Shown piece by piece: positions 16,747 through 26,551 of a stretch of DNA of 64,000 bases (position 1 is the stretch's first letter; each line of letters starts with the position of its first letter). The notes beneath the pieces are model-generated. The model was not told where the DNA came from, ran no database searches, and was given only the letters and a program-made list of their open reading frames with translations. Made by a program: the position numbers and the translations under genes. The stretch is taken from the NCBI GenBank assembly GCA_902629465.1, contig CACOQX010000002.1, forward strand, positions 22,294 to 86,293. Direction: 5' to 3'. The stretch comes from an uncultured SAR86 cluster bacterium. Its GTDB lineage: Bacteria; Pseudomonadota; Gammaproteobacteria; Magnimaribacterales; AG-339-G14.

Positions 16747-18747
16747 TCAAGAATTGGTCGGTTCGAACCAAATTGGCGAAGTCCATGCTCTTTCTTGTAT
16801 AGTTGATGGAATATCCGATCTTGGCTGAACGCCTTCTCTTATTGAGTCCCAGGTTGACCATCTACAGACTGGATTTTCTAAAACTCTTACGTAATAAAAA
16901 GCTCTTTGATACATCAAGAAATCAGGATCTAACCAAAAAGTCTTCAATTCTGTAGCTCCAGAATTTTTACTTACAGAACAGTTTTCAATATCAACTTTTG
17001 CTCCGTTATCAGGACATCGATTTGTGGATGGATTAACAACTAATCCATCTGAACACACAACGTCATATACTCTTTCTTGGTGTTCTCCATTTTCTAACCA
17101 ACCTTTAATAATTTGAATTCTTTGAAGCGGCGCTCCCAATGGGTCTGCAGAAGCCCATACCAAAAATTTTGGTTCTTTTTCTTGTTCTATGCTAATTGTA
17201 GAACCCATGGATAAATTACCTTTGTAAGCTTTTTTAACAAGGTCTAAATCATTAATATTGGAATCTTCAAAATCATATCCTGAAAAAAAACGTACTTTTA
17301 TTCTTGTACCACTTGTAGCGAAGGTTTCTTTCCTTCTAAAGGCATCATAAATTTCTTCACGAGTATTTTCTTCTGCCCAAACCCCAGTAAGTCCAGATGC
17401 TGAGAAGCCAACCAATCTGTCAGTAACAGCCATGTAATCTTTACCATTAATCTCAGCGAAAGATTCTGGTCTAAAGATTTTAGCAGCTTTAGCAATAGCC
17501 CAATTGAAAGGGACTGAACCTCTTAATTCTGGAGTTCCGTCAAGCAAACCAATTTTTGAAAAGAAAGCTTCTTCACTATAAGAACCAGCAGCAACGTGAG
17601 TGTCACTTGCGCCTGCAAGGCCAAATTTGTAGGGGTTTGTTAAGCCTTGTTCAGCTAAAGTCAAACCTCTTAAGTAAGCGTTACGAATATAGCTCCCCTT
17701 AGCATTTTCTAAAACCTGAGCTTGCTTCTCTACCGGTATTTCAAATGCTGCCCATTCATCATTTTTTGACAGTAAAGGATGTGTTTCGGAAGAACCTTTT
17801 GCTTGAGTAACCTCAACCAAAGGCTCGTTTCTTATTCTTTGCGAAGTGTATGCTTCATCTATGAGTTTGCCGTCATAGTAAGTCAATTTAAAAGCAGCAC
17901 CACCGGAAATATTTGAATTATGAGGAATTGCTAAACTCTCTACTCCTTTGCGTCTAAGTCCATCCATCCATTTCCAAAGGTCTTCTGGATTTAAACTGTC
18001 AGCTCTAGTAAAAATTCTTTTTGGTAATTTTTTTGTGTCTTTAAAAATTACATTTCTGTGCAAATAAGTATCGTAAATCTCAACCGATGAAGAATATTCA
18101 TAGGCGGCAAAGGTTGTAAAAGTTCCTGGATCATAGGCTTGGTCTGCAGCTTCAATTGTTTTGAGCCAAACGTCACTACTTACTTTCTCTAAGAGTTTAA
18201 TGTCTATAGTTCCATCTTGAACGTTATTTGCTAATTCTTGTGCAAATGGCCTAAAAAGATTTGCTCTTCTTATAATTGAGATAAAACTGTTACTTATTTC
18301 TTGATTGAGATTGTGTAGTGGCTTAGTGAGTTCATACTTTCCAATTTCACTATTTGGATCAGCAGCTTCTTTCATTAAACCAAGAAATACACCATGGTCG
18401 GTAACAGCATAAAAATCCAAAGGCCTTGATAACTGGACTTGATAACCCGTAGGGTGTTTTATTGCTTCACCTCTAGCATATTTATAGGCATCAGCAGGAG
18501 AAGAGGTAGTTCCAAAGGCATAGGCATCAAAAGAATTTTCCGTATGAACATGCAAGTCGCCAAAATAGGCATTTTTATCTGGATTGGGACTAGGCTTGTA
18601 TTCGACAAACGAGATATCTCCGAATTTTTCTTGGGCTAATTCCTTTTCTGTTTTTCTCTCAAATTCAGAACAAGAGAAAAAAAGAGCAATCACAAAAAAG
18701 AAAAAAAATAGATTTTTAAACATCGGAAATGGCAGTATAACTGTCAT
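16747..18747 (-). CDS. DUF3604 domain protein (exported, PHP-like metal-dependent hydrolase fold predicted)
   Basis: 666 aa. N-terminal hydrophobic leader (MFKNLFFFFFVIALFFSC, possible lipobox; alternative start ATG 18723). YFGDLHVHTENSFDAYAFG is the DUF3604 hallmark and an H-x-H PHP-type motif. Confidence 0.8.
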   Translation of the reverse strand: MTVILPFPMFKNLFFFFFVIALFFSCSEFERKTEKELAQEKFGDISFVEYKPSPNPDKNAYFGDLHVHTENSFDAYAFGTTSSPADAYKYARGEAIKHPTGYQVQLSRPLDFYAVTDHGVFLGLMKEAADPNSEIGKYELTKPLHNLNQEISNSFISIIRRANLFRPFAQELANNVQDGTIDIKLLEKVSSDVWLKTIEAADQAYDPGTFTTFAAYEYSSSVEIYDTYLHRNVIFKDTKKLPKRIFTRADSLNPEDLWKWMDGLRRKGVESLAIPHNSNISGGAAFKLTYYDGKLIDEAYTSQRIRNEPLVEVTQAKGSSETHPLLSKNDEWAAFEIPVEKQAQVLENAKGSYIRNAYLRGLTLAEQGLTNPYKFGLAGASDTHVAAGSYSEEAFFSKIGLLDGTPELRGSVPFNWAIAKAAKIFRPESFAEINGKDYMAVTDRLVGFSASGLTGVWAEENTREEIYDAFRRKETFATSGTRIKVRFFSGYDFEDSNINDLDLVKKAYKGNLSMGSTISIEQEKEPKFLVWASADPLGAPLQRIQIIKGWLENGEHQERVYDVVCSDGLVVNPSTNRCPDNGAKVDIENCSVSKNSGATELKTFWLDPDFLMYQRAFYYVRVLENPVCRWSTWDSIREGVQPRSDIPSTIQERAWTSPIWFEPTNS

Positions 18748-18819
18748 ATTTTAAACATTCACAAAAAATCTTGAAATAAATTTTTTCCTATTGGACAGAC
18801 ATATAAAATGTAAAAAGAG

Positions 18820-19455
18820 ATGAATATCTATACTTTCTTAAAGATTCTAGGTTTTATCATAATTGTTTTAACCTCAATCATATTACCCTTGTCATTACTT
18901 GAGTCATCGATAGCTGATTCAACAGAAGAATTCATTGAATGGAGTGGAAATAATCAATTTTTAAACTCTGTTTTGGTTATTTTCGCATTGGCAGCTGATG
19001 TTTTTTTGCCTATCCCAAATGGCGTTACCAATACCTTTGCCGGAGCTATTCTTGGTTTTTATTTATCCATACCTATTATATGGATAGGGCTTACTTTGGG
19101 TTCGATAATCGGCTTTGCGATAGGAAGGTATGCTGCCAAACCCTTGGCAAAAAAAATACTCAGCCAAGATGATTTAGAAAGATCAGAAGAGGCGGCAAAA
19201 AAATTTGGTGTCAGTATTTTATTGATTGCGAGGCCCGCTCCAGCTCTAGCAGAAATTTCAACTGTGGCTGCTGGTTTAGCTAGTATGAAATGGAGTATTT
19301 TTCTAACTGTAATGATTGTGAGTAATTTATTAATTGCAGTAGTTTACGCCTTTATAGGAGCAGCAGCCCTTAACAGTCAATCTGCCTCAGTAGCCTTCTT
19401 AGGTATCGCGGTAATACCTTTATTCTTTTGGCTTTTAGCAAAAAGATATTTTTGA
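18820..19455 (+). CDS. DedA/VTT-domain (SNARE-associated) membrane protein
   Basis: 211 aa, 5-6 TM, central GRYAAKPLAKKIL...ERSEE..KKFG segment typical of the DedA/TVP38 family. Confidence 0.65.
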   Translation: MNIYTFLKILGFIIIVLTSIILPLSLLESSIADSTEEFIEWSGNNQFLNSVLVIFALAADVFLPIPNGVTNTFAGAILGFYLSIPIIWIGLTLGSIIGFAIGRYAAKPLAKKILSQDDLERSEEAAKKFGVSILLIARPAPALAEISTVAAGLASMKWSIFLTVMIVSNLLIAVVYAFIGAAALNSQSASVAFLGIAVIPLFFWLLAKRYF

Positions 19456-19459
19456 ATAT

Positions 19460-19987
19460 TTAATGTTTGCTGCTTCGATGAGCTACATAATCCATCATTG
19501 CTAAAAGCAATCCAGAGATTATAAAAATGATGTGAATGATAACCATCCACTTAATCTCTACTTCGCTCACTGCAACATCGCCCGAACCAGCTATTTTGAG
19601 AAAGGTTTCAAGCAGTCCTATACCAGATATCGCTAGAATTGAGGCAACCAGTTTAATCTTTAGATCACTAAAATCAACCGAGCCCATCCAATCCGGCCTA
19701 TCTCGATCATCTTTTGCTACATCAATTTTAGAAATAAAGTTTTCGTAACCAGAAAAAATAATCATTACAACAAGGTTTGCGATCAAAGCTAGATCCACCA
19801 CTTGCAGAACAAATAAAAGCACTTCTTTTAACTTCATACTCATTAAACCTGGAGCGTATTGAATGAAGTGTTGAATTGTAGTTATGGCGATCAGTGCCAA
19901 GCAAAGACACAAAATCATATAAATAGGTGCTAAAAGCCATCTGCTGGCATAGATTAAGCCCTCTAATAGATTTTCTATTGTTCTCAT
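19460..19987 (-). CDS. yqhA: YqhA family (UPF0114) membrane protein
   Basis: 175 aa; the N-terminal ..YASRWLLAPIYMIL.. motif is conserved in UPF0114/YqhA. Confidence 0.75.
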   Translation of the reverse strand: MRTIENLLEGLIYASRWLLAPIYMILCLCLALIAITTIQHFIQYAPGLMSMKLKEVLLFVLQVVDLALIANLVVMIIFSGYENFISKIDVAKDDRDRPDWMGSVDFSDLKIKLVASILAISGIGLLETFLKIAGSGDVAVSEVEIKWMVIIHIIFIISGLLLAMMDYVAHRSSKH

Positions 19988-20044
19988 GATTTCCCCTGTT
20001 TTGAATATTATATTCTAGTTTTTTAAAGTATCTTTCTCTACTAT

Positions 20045-21271
20045 TTAAAAATCTATAACCCCATCTTCTTTAAGCTTGTTTAGTTCTTTTGAATCTATGC
20101 CAATGCCAGAAAGAATTTCTTTAGAATGTTCTCCTAAGTCTGGACCTCTAGAAGGAGTTTTTTTAGGCTCATCTTTAAGAAATACTGGACTATTAACGGT
20201 TAAATTGTCTGATTCAAAACTATCCTTTGAAAAATTAACCAATACCTCGCTTTTGAGAAATTGTTCATCTTTTTTATGATCCGTAGATTTACTAAGAATT
20301 CCAAAGGTAACTTCAGAGGATCTCAATTTATCAACTATTCCATTCAAATCATATTGCTTAAAGATTTTTTCAAGTTCCTCATAAAGTTCTTGATGATTTT
20401 CGTTCATTTTTTGAAAGGTTGAAAATCTTTCATCGCCATTTAAATATTCTATATCGAGAGCTTTTAATAATTTTGGCCATTCTTTAGCCGCATCGATGAT
20501 TGCCAGTAAAAGATATCTGCCATCTTTAGTTTCATAACGTCCACCAAAAGGGTGAGGAGTAACTTCAGTCTTTTTCTTTGGAAAATCAGCATCAAAAAGT
20601 GCTGCTTGAATGAACGAACCATTTGACCATGCGCCGTTTGCCATCAAGGAAGTATTTACCTCTCCACCTTTACCTGTTTTTTCTCTTCTATAAAGAGCCG
20701 TCATGATACTCGCAAATAAAGATACTCCAGTAGGCTGATCTCCCATACCTATAGGCGGCATCCCTGGAGTAGAATTATCTGACGGTCTCACGATATCCAT
20801 CAAACCACTTCTTGCCCACCATGCCATCGTATCAAAGGCAGTTCTGTGAGAGTCTGGACCGTCTTCACCATAGCCTGTTAAAGATCCATAAATCAGTCTT
20901 TCATTTAAAGGCAGCAAGTCTGAGGCATTTATTTTCAATTTATCCCTTATTCTTTGAGGCATATTGGTTACAAATACATCAGAAACTTTTACTAGTTCTT
21001 GCAAAATCTTTTGTCCTTTTGGGTCTCCAAGATTTAAGGCTAAACTTTTTTTGTTTCTTGACGTTAAATGCCAACAATAGTCCTTATCGGAAACAGGATT
21101 TACTCTTTTTGTTCGAGCAATTAAATGTCTCAAGCTATCACCAACTTTTGGTGGTTCAATCTTTATGACTTCTGCACCAAAATCGGAAAGGATTGTGGTT
21201 GATACCGGCCCTGCAATAAAACTTCCTGCATCAATAACTTTCAAACCCTCTAAAAGTAATTTTTCAGACAT
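20045..21271 (-). CDS. CoA transferase, family III (CaiB/BaiF)
   Basis: 408 aa; N-terminal LEGLKVIDAGSFIAGPVSTTILSDFGAEVIKIEPP is the family III CoA-transferase signature. Confidence 0.85.
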   Translation of the reverse strand: MSEKLLLEGLKVIDAGSFIAGPVSTTILSDFGAEVIKIEPPKVGDSLRHLIARTKRVNPVSDKDYCWHLTSRNKKSLALNLGDPKGQKILQELVKVSDVFVTNMPQRIRDKLKINASDLLPLNERLIYGSLTGYGEDGPDSHRTAFDTMAWWARSGLMDIVRPSDNSTPGMPPIGMGDQPTGVSLFASIMTALYRREKTGKGGEVNTSLMANGAWSNGSFIQAALFDADFPKKKTEVTPHPFGGRYETKDGRYLLLAIIDAAKEWPKLLKALDIEYLNGDERFSTFQKMNENHQELYEELEKIFKQYDLNGIVDKLRSSEVTFGILSKSTDHKKDEQFLKSEVLVNFSKDSFESDNLTVNSPVFLKDEPKKTPSRGPDLGEHSKEILSGIGIDSKELNKLKEDGVIDF

Positions 21272-21370
21272 AATTAAATATTACACAAGGACGCACAAAC
21301 ATTGCAGAAAAGTTTATTATTAATTAGGAAATTATAGTAATTTTTAAAAAACAAACATAAAAAGGTAACC

Positions 21371-21748
21371 ATGACTAAAGAATCGTTTTTTTTGTTATTC
21401 ATCTCTCTTGGAGTATTCCCAGCTGCTTTGGGATACGGATTAAGTCCAAAAGAGTTTCTGCCAGTTCTTTATGGAATTGAAGTAGCAGACAATAACTTGT
21501 CCAATATCTTTAGAGCCGTAATGGGTCTATATATTGGTTGTGTGTTGTTATGGGTTTTTGGAGCTTTTAACAAAAGTCTAACGGTCCCAGCTTTATGGTG
21601 TATGTTTGTTTTTATGCTTGGGATTGGCCTGGGAAGAGCACTCAGCTTAATTCTAGATGGTAAGCCAGATACGATCTTCGTATTCTTTATGATTTTTGAG
21701 TTTATTGCCGCAGGGATTACTTTTTATTTACTCAAAGCAAAAGCTTAA
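21371..21748 (+). CDS. Small 4-TM membrane protein (DUF4345-like)
   Basis: 125 aa with four hydrophobic segments. Family call is from general resemblance only. Confidence 0.4.
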   Translation: MTKESFFLLFISLGVFPAALGYGLSPKEFLPVLYGIEVADNNLSNIFRAVMGLYIGCVLLWVFGAFNKSLTVPALWCMFVFMLGIGLGRALSLILDGKPDTIFVFFMIFEFIAAGITFYLLKAKA

Positions 21749-21762
21749 AGTAACTTTCTTGG

Positions 21763-21838
21763 TGGTGCCCAGAGGTGGAATCGAACCACCGACACAAGGA
21801 TTTTCAGTCCTTTGCTCTACCGACTGAGCTATCTGGGC
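21763..21838 (-). tRNA. tRNA-Phe (anticodon GAA)
   Basis: Reverse complement GCCCAGATAGCTCAGTCGGTAGAGCAAAGGACTGAAAATCCTTGTGTCGGTGGTTCGATTCCACCTCTGGGCACCA folds as a 76-nt cloverleaf: 7-bp acceptor, GAA in a CTGAAAA loop, TTCGATT T-loop, encoded CCA. Near-identical layout to E. coli tRNA-Phe. Confidence 0.97.
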
Positions 21839-21882
21839 AAAAAGAAAATCAAATTCTATAGATATTTAGCAAGCTTATAAAG

Positions 21883-22152
21883 TTATTTATCTAAAGGTAC
21901 AAAACCCTCAGCTTTATCAAAAGATTCATTATCTAAAAAGTTTTCGAGTTGCTGACTTAGATAATCTCTGGACTCTTTTTTTGATAAATCTAACTGCTTT
22001 TCATTAACAAGCATTGTCTGATGTTGAAGCCACTCCATCCACGCTTGTTTGGAAACACTTGAAAAAATTTCTTCTCCTTTTTCTCCAGGAAAGGGTGCTC
22101 TATCCATTTTCGGCAAATCCTTTTGATATTTTCTACAAAAAACAGTTTTCAT
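21883..22152 (-). CDS. yggX: Fe(2+)-trafficking protein YggX
   Basis: 89 aa; VFCRKYQKDLPKMDRAPFPGEKGEEIF..VSKQAWMEWLQHQTMLVNEK matches YggX. Lies downstream of mutY as in enterics. Confidence 0.9.
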   Translation of the reverse strand: MKTVFCRKYQKDLPKMDRAPFPGEKGEEIFSSVSKQAWMEWLQHQTMLVNEKQLDLSKKESRDYLSQQLENFLDNESFDKAEGFVPLDK

Positions 22153-23162
22153 AAGTAATTATTAATAATTTCCTTAATAGGCTTTGGCATCCCCATTTTA
22201 ACTGAATCAGATTTGGTTACCCAAACAGAATGAGATCTATCAATTTTTAATCTGTCTTTATTTTTAATTGAGAATTTTTTTGTAGATATATTTAATTTTC
22301 GATGAGATAAATTATGTATAAGATCGGGCAAAGATTCTTTCTCTTCTAGTAATTGAAGGTTTTCATTACTAAAAACGCCTTTTTCAGGAAAGAGCCATAA
22401 GTTTTTCCAGATACCTTCATTTTCGTTTCGTCTGAGCAAAATTTTATTGTTTGAAGATATTAAGAGCCAATTAATATTTCTTTCTTTTTTAGGCTTAGTT
22501 GGATTTTTGCATGGAATTATTTCCTGAAGTTCGTTCTTCAAAGCCAAACAGTTTTTACTGACAGGACATAAATTACAAGATGGATTCTTTGGCCTGCATA
22601 GAATTGAACCCAAATCCATTATTCCTTGTGAATATCTCCTGAAAGAACCTTCAGGTAAAAAAGTTTCAGCAAAACTTTTTATTTCTTTTTGTGTCTGATT
22701 ATCATCAATTGGATTTTTAATGCCTTTATATCTAGCAATAACTCTCTTCACATTACCATCTAAAATTATTCCCGGAGCATTAAACGCTAAAGACAAGATA
22801 GCCCCTGCTGTAGAAGGACCTATTCCTGGAAGTTTCACTAAATCATCAAAATCTCTGGGAAATTCTCCGCTATATTCTTTGAAAATAATTTTTGCCGTTT
22901 TATGAATATTTCTTGCTCTAGAGTAGTAGCCCAGACCGCTCCACAAACTCATGACTGCTTCTTCAGGACTACTTGCCAACTTTTTTATTTCAGGAAATTT
23001 CCTTATAAATTTCAGATAGTATGGGATAACGGTTTCAACTTGAGTCTGTTGAAGCATAATTTCAGAAATCCATACTTCATAAGCACTCTTCATTTGCCAT
23101 GGAAGGTTATTCCTTCCTTTTTGTTTTTGCCAATCAATTATTTTTTTAGAAAATTGAGTCAT
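22149..23162 (-). CDS. mutY: A/G-specific adenine DNA glycosylase
   Basis: HhH-GPD region LPGIGPSTAGAILSLAF, Fe-S cluster CRPKNPSCNLCPVSKNC, and a C-terminal Nudix-like domain; 337 aa. Confidence 0.92.
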   Translation of the reverse strand: MTQFSKKIIDWQKQKGRNNLPWQMKSAYEVWISEIMLQQTQVETVIPYYLKFIRKFPEIKKLASSPEEAVMSLWSGLGYYSRARNIHKTAKIIFKEYSGEFPRDFDDLVKLPGIGPSTAGAILSLAFNAPGIILDGNVKRVIARYKGIKNPIDDNQTQKEIKSFAETFLPEGSFRRYSQGIMDLGSILCRPKNPSCNLCPVSKNCLALKNELQEIIPCKNPTKPKKERNINWLLISSNNKILLRRNENEGIWKNLWLFPEKGVFSNENLQLLEEKESLPDLIHNLSHRKLNISTKKFSIKNKDRLKIDRSHSVWVTKSDSVKMGMPKPIKEIINNYL

Positions 23163-23219
23163 GTTTATTATTTTACTTATTTCTGTCCGTTATAATGTGT
23201 TTTTTGAATGAGGATAAAA

Positions 23220-23807
23220 ATGCGTAATGCTGAATTAGAAAGGAATACAAAAGAGACTCAGATAAAAGTATCTCTGGAATTGGATGGTAAAGGTGAAAGT
23301 AATTTAAAAGCCGACCTACCTTTTTTTGAGCACATGTTAGATCAACTCTCCAAACACGGCGGTTTTGACATTGAGTTGGACGCGAAAGGCGACCTAGAGA
23401 TAGATGCTCATCACACGGTCGAAGACGTTGGTATTAGTTTGGGCGAAGCTTTCACTAAGGCGCTTGGTGATAAAAAAGGTATTTATAGATTTGGATCTGC
23501 TTATGCTCCTTTGGACGAAGCTTTATCTAGAGTAGTAGTAGATTTCTCAGGAAGGCCAGGTTTAAATTGGGACGTAGAATTCACCAAAGAAGCTATAAAT
23601 GATTTTGATCTGAGTTTGTTAAAAGAATTTTTCCATGGCTTTGTAAATAAGGCTCTTGCAACTGTTCATATTGATAACCTCAAAGGTGAAAATGCACATC
23701 ACCAAGCTGAAACTATATTTAAAGCATTTGCTTTAGCCCTCAAGACTGCATGTATGGTTGATCCTACTAAAGGAGATGTTCTTCCTTCCACTAAAGGCTT
23801 GCTATAA
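23220..23807 (+). CDS. hisB: Imidazoleglycerol-phosphate dehydratase (monofunctional)
   Basis: [26 protein letters not shown] and [10 protein letters not shown] motifs. ATG at 23220 follows GAGGA; the track start at 23208 is possible. Confidence 0.93.
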   Translation: MRNAELERNTKETQIKVSLELDGKGESNLKADLPFFEHMLDQLSKHGGFDIELDAKGDLEIDAHHTVEDVGISLGEAFTKALGDKKGIYRFGSAYAPLDEALSRVVVDFSGRPGLNWDVEFTKEAINDFDLSLLKEFFHGFVNKALATVHIDNLKGENAHHQAETIFKAFALALKTACMVDPTKGDVLPSTKGLL

Positions 23808-23811
23808 ATTA

Positions 23812-24420
23812 ATGCGCCTAGGAGTAATTGATTATGGAGCCAGCAACATACATTCAGTAGCTAGAGCTCTTCAATCACTAGGTTCTAAAGTTTCGATAGT
23901 CGATACTCCTGATAAGTTTAAAAGTATTGATAAGCTTGTTTTTCCAGGACAGGGTTCAATGGGTTCTTGCGTAAAAAAATTAAATGAAATGGAAATGATC
24001 AACCCTTTATTGGAAGCAATTAAATCGAAACCTTTTCTTGGAATTTGTTTAGGCCTACAAATTCTCTTTAATTCAAGCGAAGAAAGTAAAGAGAAGGGTT
24101 TAGGTGTAATTTATGGAGGCATCACTAAAATAAAAGACATAAATAATGAAAATCTAAAAATCCCTCACATGGGTTGGAATAAAGTAAAGATTGAAAAAAA
24201 ACACGAATTATTCTCAGGAATAAAAAATAAACAGTTTTTTTATTTTGTGCATTCTTTTGTAGCTACCGAAACAGAATCCACTGTAACCACTACAAGCTAT
24301 GGAGAAGAGTTTGTTTCATCGTTGGCAACTGAAAATATTTTTGCTACTCAATTTCACCCAGAGAAAAGTGGAGAGATAGGTCTCAAATTTTTAGAAAATT
24401 TTATCAATTGGAAAATTTAA
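23812..24420 (+). CDS. hisH: Imidazole glycerol phosphate synthase, glutaminase subunit
   Basis: MRLGVIDYGASN.., nucleophile elbow GICLGLQIL, and QFHPEKS. The track ORF start (23758) overlaps hisB and is rejected. Confidence 0.93.
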   Translation: MRLGVIDYGASNIHSVARALQSLGSKVSIVDTPDKFKSIDKLVFPGQGSMGSCVKKLNEMEMINPLLEAIKSKPFLGICLGLQILFNSSEESKEKGLGVIYGGITKIKDINNENLKIPHMGWNKVKIEKKHELFSGIKNKQFFYFVHSFVATETESTVTTTSYGEEFVSSLATENIFATQFHPEKSGEIGLKFLENFINWKI

Positions 24421-25137
24421 ATGTTACCAATTCCCGCAATTGATATTCAAGGTGGAAAATGTGTTCGCTTGCAAAAGGGAGACTTATCCTCAACTAAAAT
24501 TTATTTTGAAAAACCTATAGATGCAGCAGCTCATTGGATAAAAGAAGGAACAAAAAAACTTCATTTGGTTGATTTAGATGGAGCTAAGTCAGGCAAACCT
24601 GAAAACTTAGAATATGTATTAAAGATTAAAGAAAAATTTCCAGACGTGAATCTTCAGCTGGGAGGAGGAGTAAGAGATCTTGAAACTTTAGATTTAATCT
24701 TCGAATCTGGTGTAGATAATGTAATTCTAGGAAGCATTGCTATAAAGGATAAAGAATTATTCACGAAAGCTTGCATAACCTTTCCAGAGAAAATTATTTT
24801 GGGAATTGATGCAATGAACAGTTTTCTTGCTGCAGAAGCATGGACAGAAGCTTCAAAATTGTCAGCCTCAGACTTAATCAGTTCATATAAAGAGCTCCCA
24901 ATCAAATCAATTATTTATACAGACATTAATAAAGACGGCATGCTTTCTGGGCCGAATCTAGAAGAAACAAGCGAAGTTGCAAAATTATCTCCTTTTCCCG
25001 TAATAGCTTCGGGAGGAGTAAAAGATATAAACGACTTGATAAATCTTTCAAAAATCCCAAATGTCATTGGAGCTATCTGCGGTGTTTCGCTTTATGAAAA
25101 TAAAATAAACTTTAAAGAAGCTTTAGAGATCTTTTAA
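24421..25137 (+). CDS. hisA: ProFAR isomerase
   Basis: [21 protein letters not shown].. and ..[13 protein letters not shown]; position between hisH and hisF. Confidence 0.92.
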   Translation: MLPIPAIDIQGGKCVRLQKGDLSSTKIYFEKPIDAAAHWIKEGTKKLHLVDLDGAKSGKPENLEYVLKIKEKFPDVNLQLGGGVRDLETLDLIFESGVDNVILGSIAIKDKELFTKACITFPEKIILGIDAMNSFLAAEAWTEASKLSASDLISSYKELPIKSIIYTDINKDGMLSGPNLEETSEVAKLSPFPVIASGGVKDINDLINLSKIPNVIGAICGVSLYENKINFKEALEIF

Positions 25138-25141
25138 AAAA

Positions 25142-25900
25142 ATGAGTTTAGCAGTTCGAATTATCCCTTGTTTAGATGTTAGAGGCGGAAGAGTAGTTAA
25201 AGGTATTAATTTTAAGGATATTGTTGATGCTGGTGATCCATCAGAGGCTGCTAAAAGATACGATGCTGAAGGTGCTGATGAGATATGCATGTTGGATATC
25301 GATGCATCTTTTGAAGAACGTTCCACAACAATTGAAACTGTAAAATCAATAGCCTCTCAAGTCTTCATTCCGTTTACTGTTGGAGGCGGAATAAAATCTC
25401 TTGAAGATATTGAGATGCTTCTAAAATCCGGTGCTGATAAGGTTTCTATTAATACAAGCGCTATTTTAAACCCCGATCTTATAGAGGAGGCTTCCAAAGA
25501 GTATGGAGCTCAATGTATTGTTTTGGCTATAGATGCTAAACAGGATGGGAAAATCTGGAACGTCTACACTCACGGCGGAAAAAACCGAACCGATTTAGAC
25601 GCAATTGAGTGGGCGAAAAAAGGGCAGGATTTAGGCGCAGGGGAAATTCTCATGACTTCTATGGACAAAGATGGAACTAAAAGTGGTTTTGATAACAACT
25701 TGTATTTGGAACTTTCAAATAATTTATCGATTCCTGTTATCGCATCTGGCGGAGCCGGAGAGCTTTCTCATTTAGTTGACGCTGTAAAGCTTGGAAAAGC
25801 TGATGCTTTACTTGCTGCAAGTATTTTTCATTACGAAGAAATTTCGATTAAAAAAGTTAAACAAGCTCTTCGGGCTGAAGGTTTTGGTGTAAGACTCTAA
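25142..25900 (+). CDS. hisF: Imidazole glycerol phosphate synthase, cyclase subunit
   Basis: [41 protein letters not shown] and VIASGGAG. Confidence 0.95.
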   Translation: MSLAVRIIPCLDVRGGRVVKGINFKDIVDAGDPSEAAKRYDAEGADEICMLDIDASFEERSTTIETVKSIASQVFIPFTVGGGIKSLEDIEMLLKSGADKVSINTSAILNPDLIEEASKEYGAQCIVLAIDAKQDGKIWNVYTHGGKNRTDLDAIEWAKKGQDLGAGEILMTSMDKDGTKSGFDNNLYLELSNNLSIPVIASGGAGELSHLVDAVKLGKADALLAASIFHYEEISIKKVKQALRAEGFGVRL

Positions 25901-26514
25901 GATCTAATCAATTCTTTATTTTTGAATTTATAAAAAATAGGCTCACCTGTAGCTATTTCTATTTTAACTATCTCTTCAGGTGATATTTTTTCTATGTGCA
26001 TAACAAGCGCTCTAAGAGAGTTTCCATGAGCACATATCAATACATTCTTCTTTTCATTAAGTTCAGGCTCTATGACTTTCTCAAAATACGGAATAACTCT
26101 ATCGGCTGTATCTTTTAAACTTTCTCCTCCTGGCGGAGGCTGATCAAAAGATCTTCTCCAAATGTGAATTTGTTCTTCTCCCCATTTTTCTCTAGATTCA
26201 TCTTTATTAAGTCCAGATAATTCGCCGTAGTCTCTTTCATTTAAAGCAATATTTTTAACAGTTTTTAAAGATTCTTGTTCTATTTCGGAAAGAATTATTT
26301 CCCCTGTTAACTGCGCTCTTTTAAGTTCCGAAGTAAAGTGGATATCAAAAACAATGTTTTGTTCTTTTATTTTTTTTCCTGTGATTTTTGCCTCTTCCAA
26401 ACCTTTATCAGTTAGACCCGGATTTTTCCAGCCTGTAAAGAGATTCTTTGCATTCCATTCACTTTGTCCATGCCTTACAAGAACTAAGTGAGAAAAATTT
26501 TTTTCTGAATTCAT
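25897..26514 (-). CDS. gpmA: 2,3-bisphosphoglycerate-dependent phosphoglycerate mutase (short form)
   Basis: [20 protein letters not shown] catalytic His motif and later [10 protein letters not shown]. Convergent 4-nt stop overlap with hisF. Confidence 0.88.
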   Translation of the reverse strand: MNSEKNFSHLVLVRHGQSEWNAKNLFTGWKNPGLTDKGLEEAKITGKKIKEQNIVFDIHFTSELKRAQLTGEIILSEIEQESLKTVKNIALNERDYGELSGLNKDESREKWGEEQIHIWRRSFDQPPPGGESLKDTADRVIPYFEKVIEPELNEKKNVLICAHGNSLRALVMHIEKISPEEIVKIEIATGEPIFYKFKNKELIRS

Positions 26515-26551
26515 AGTGTCAAATCAGTTTTACGTTTATCATATCGCGCTT

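Noticed and set aside
16730-16861. 5' extension of the P450 ORF overlapping the DUF3604 gene by 115 nt.
   Set aside because: The extension has no P450 homology, since bacterial P450s start about 10-30 residues before the ..DPY..Y...R.. region. A long out-of-frame overlap is less parsimonious than a start at 16729, 16708 or 16669.
23163-23219. Looked for his and trp leader peptides/attenuators (also at 61990..61998 before trpE).
   Set aside because: The gaps are 57 nt or less (0 nt before trpE) and contain no His- or Trp-codon-rich mini-ORF or alternative hairpins.
23758-23811. Upstream extension of hisH overlapping the hisB 3' end; similar TTG/GTG extensions at 6912, 12578, 26516 and 43358.
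   Set aside because: Homolog N-termini and RBS positions favour the downstream ATGs. The extensions add non-conserved residues.
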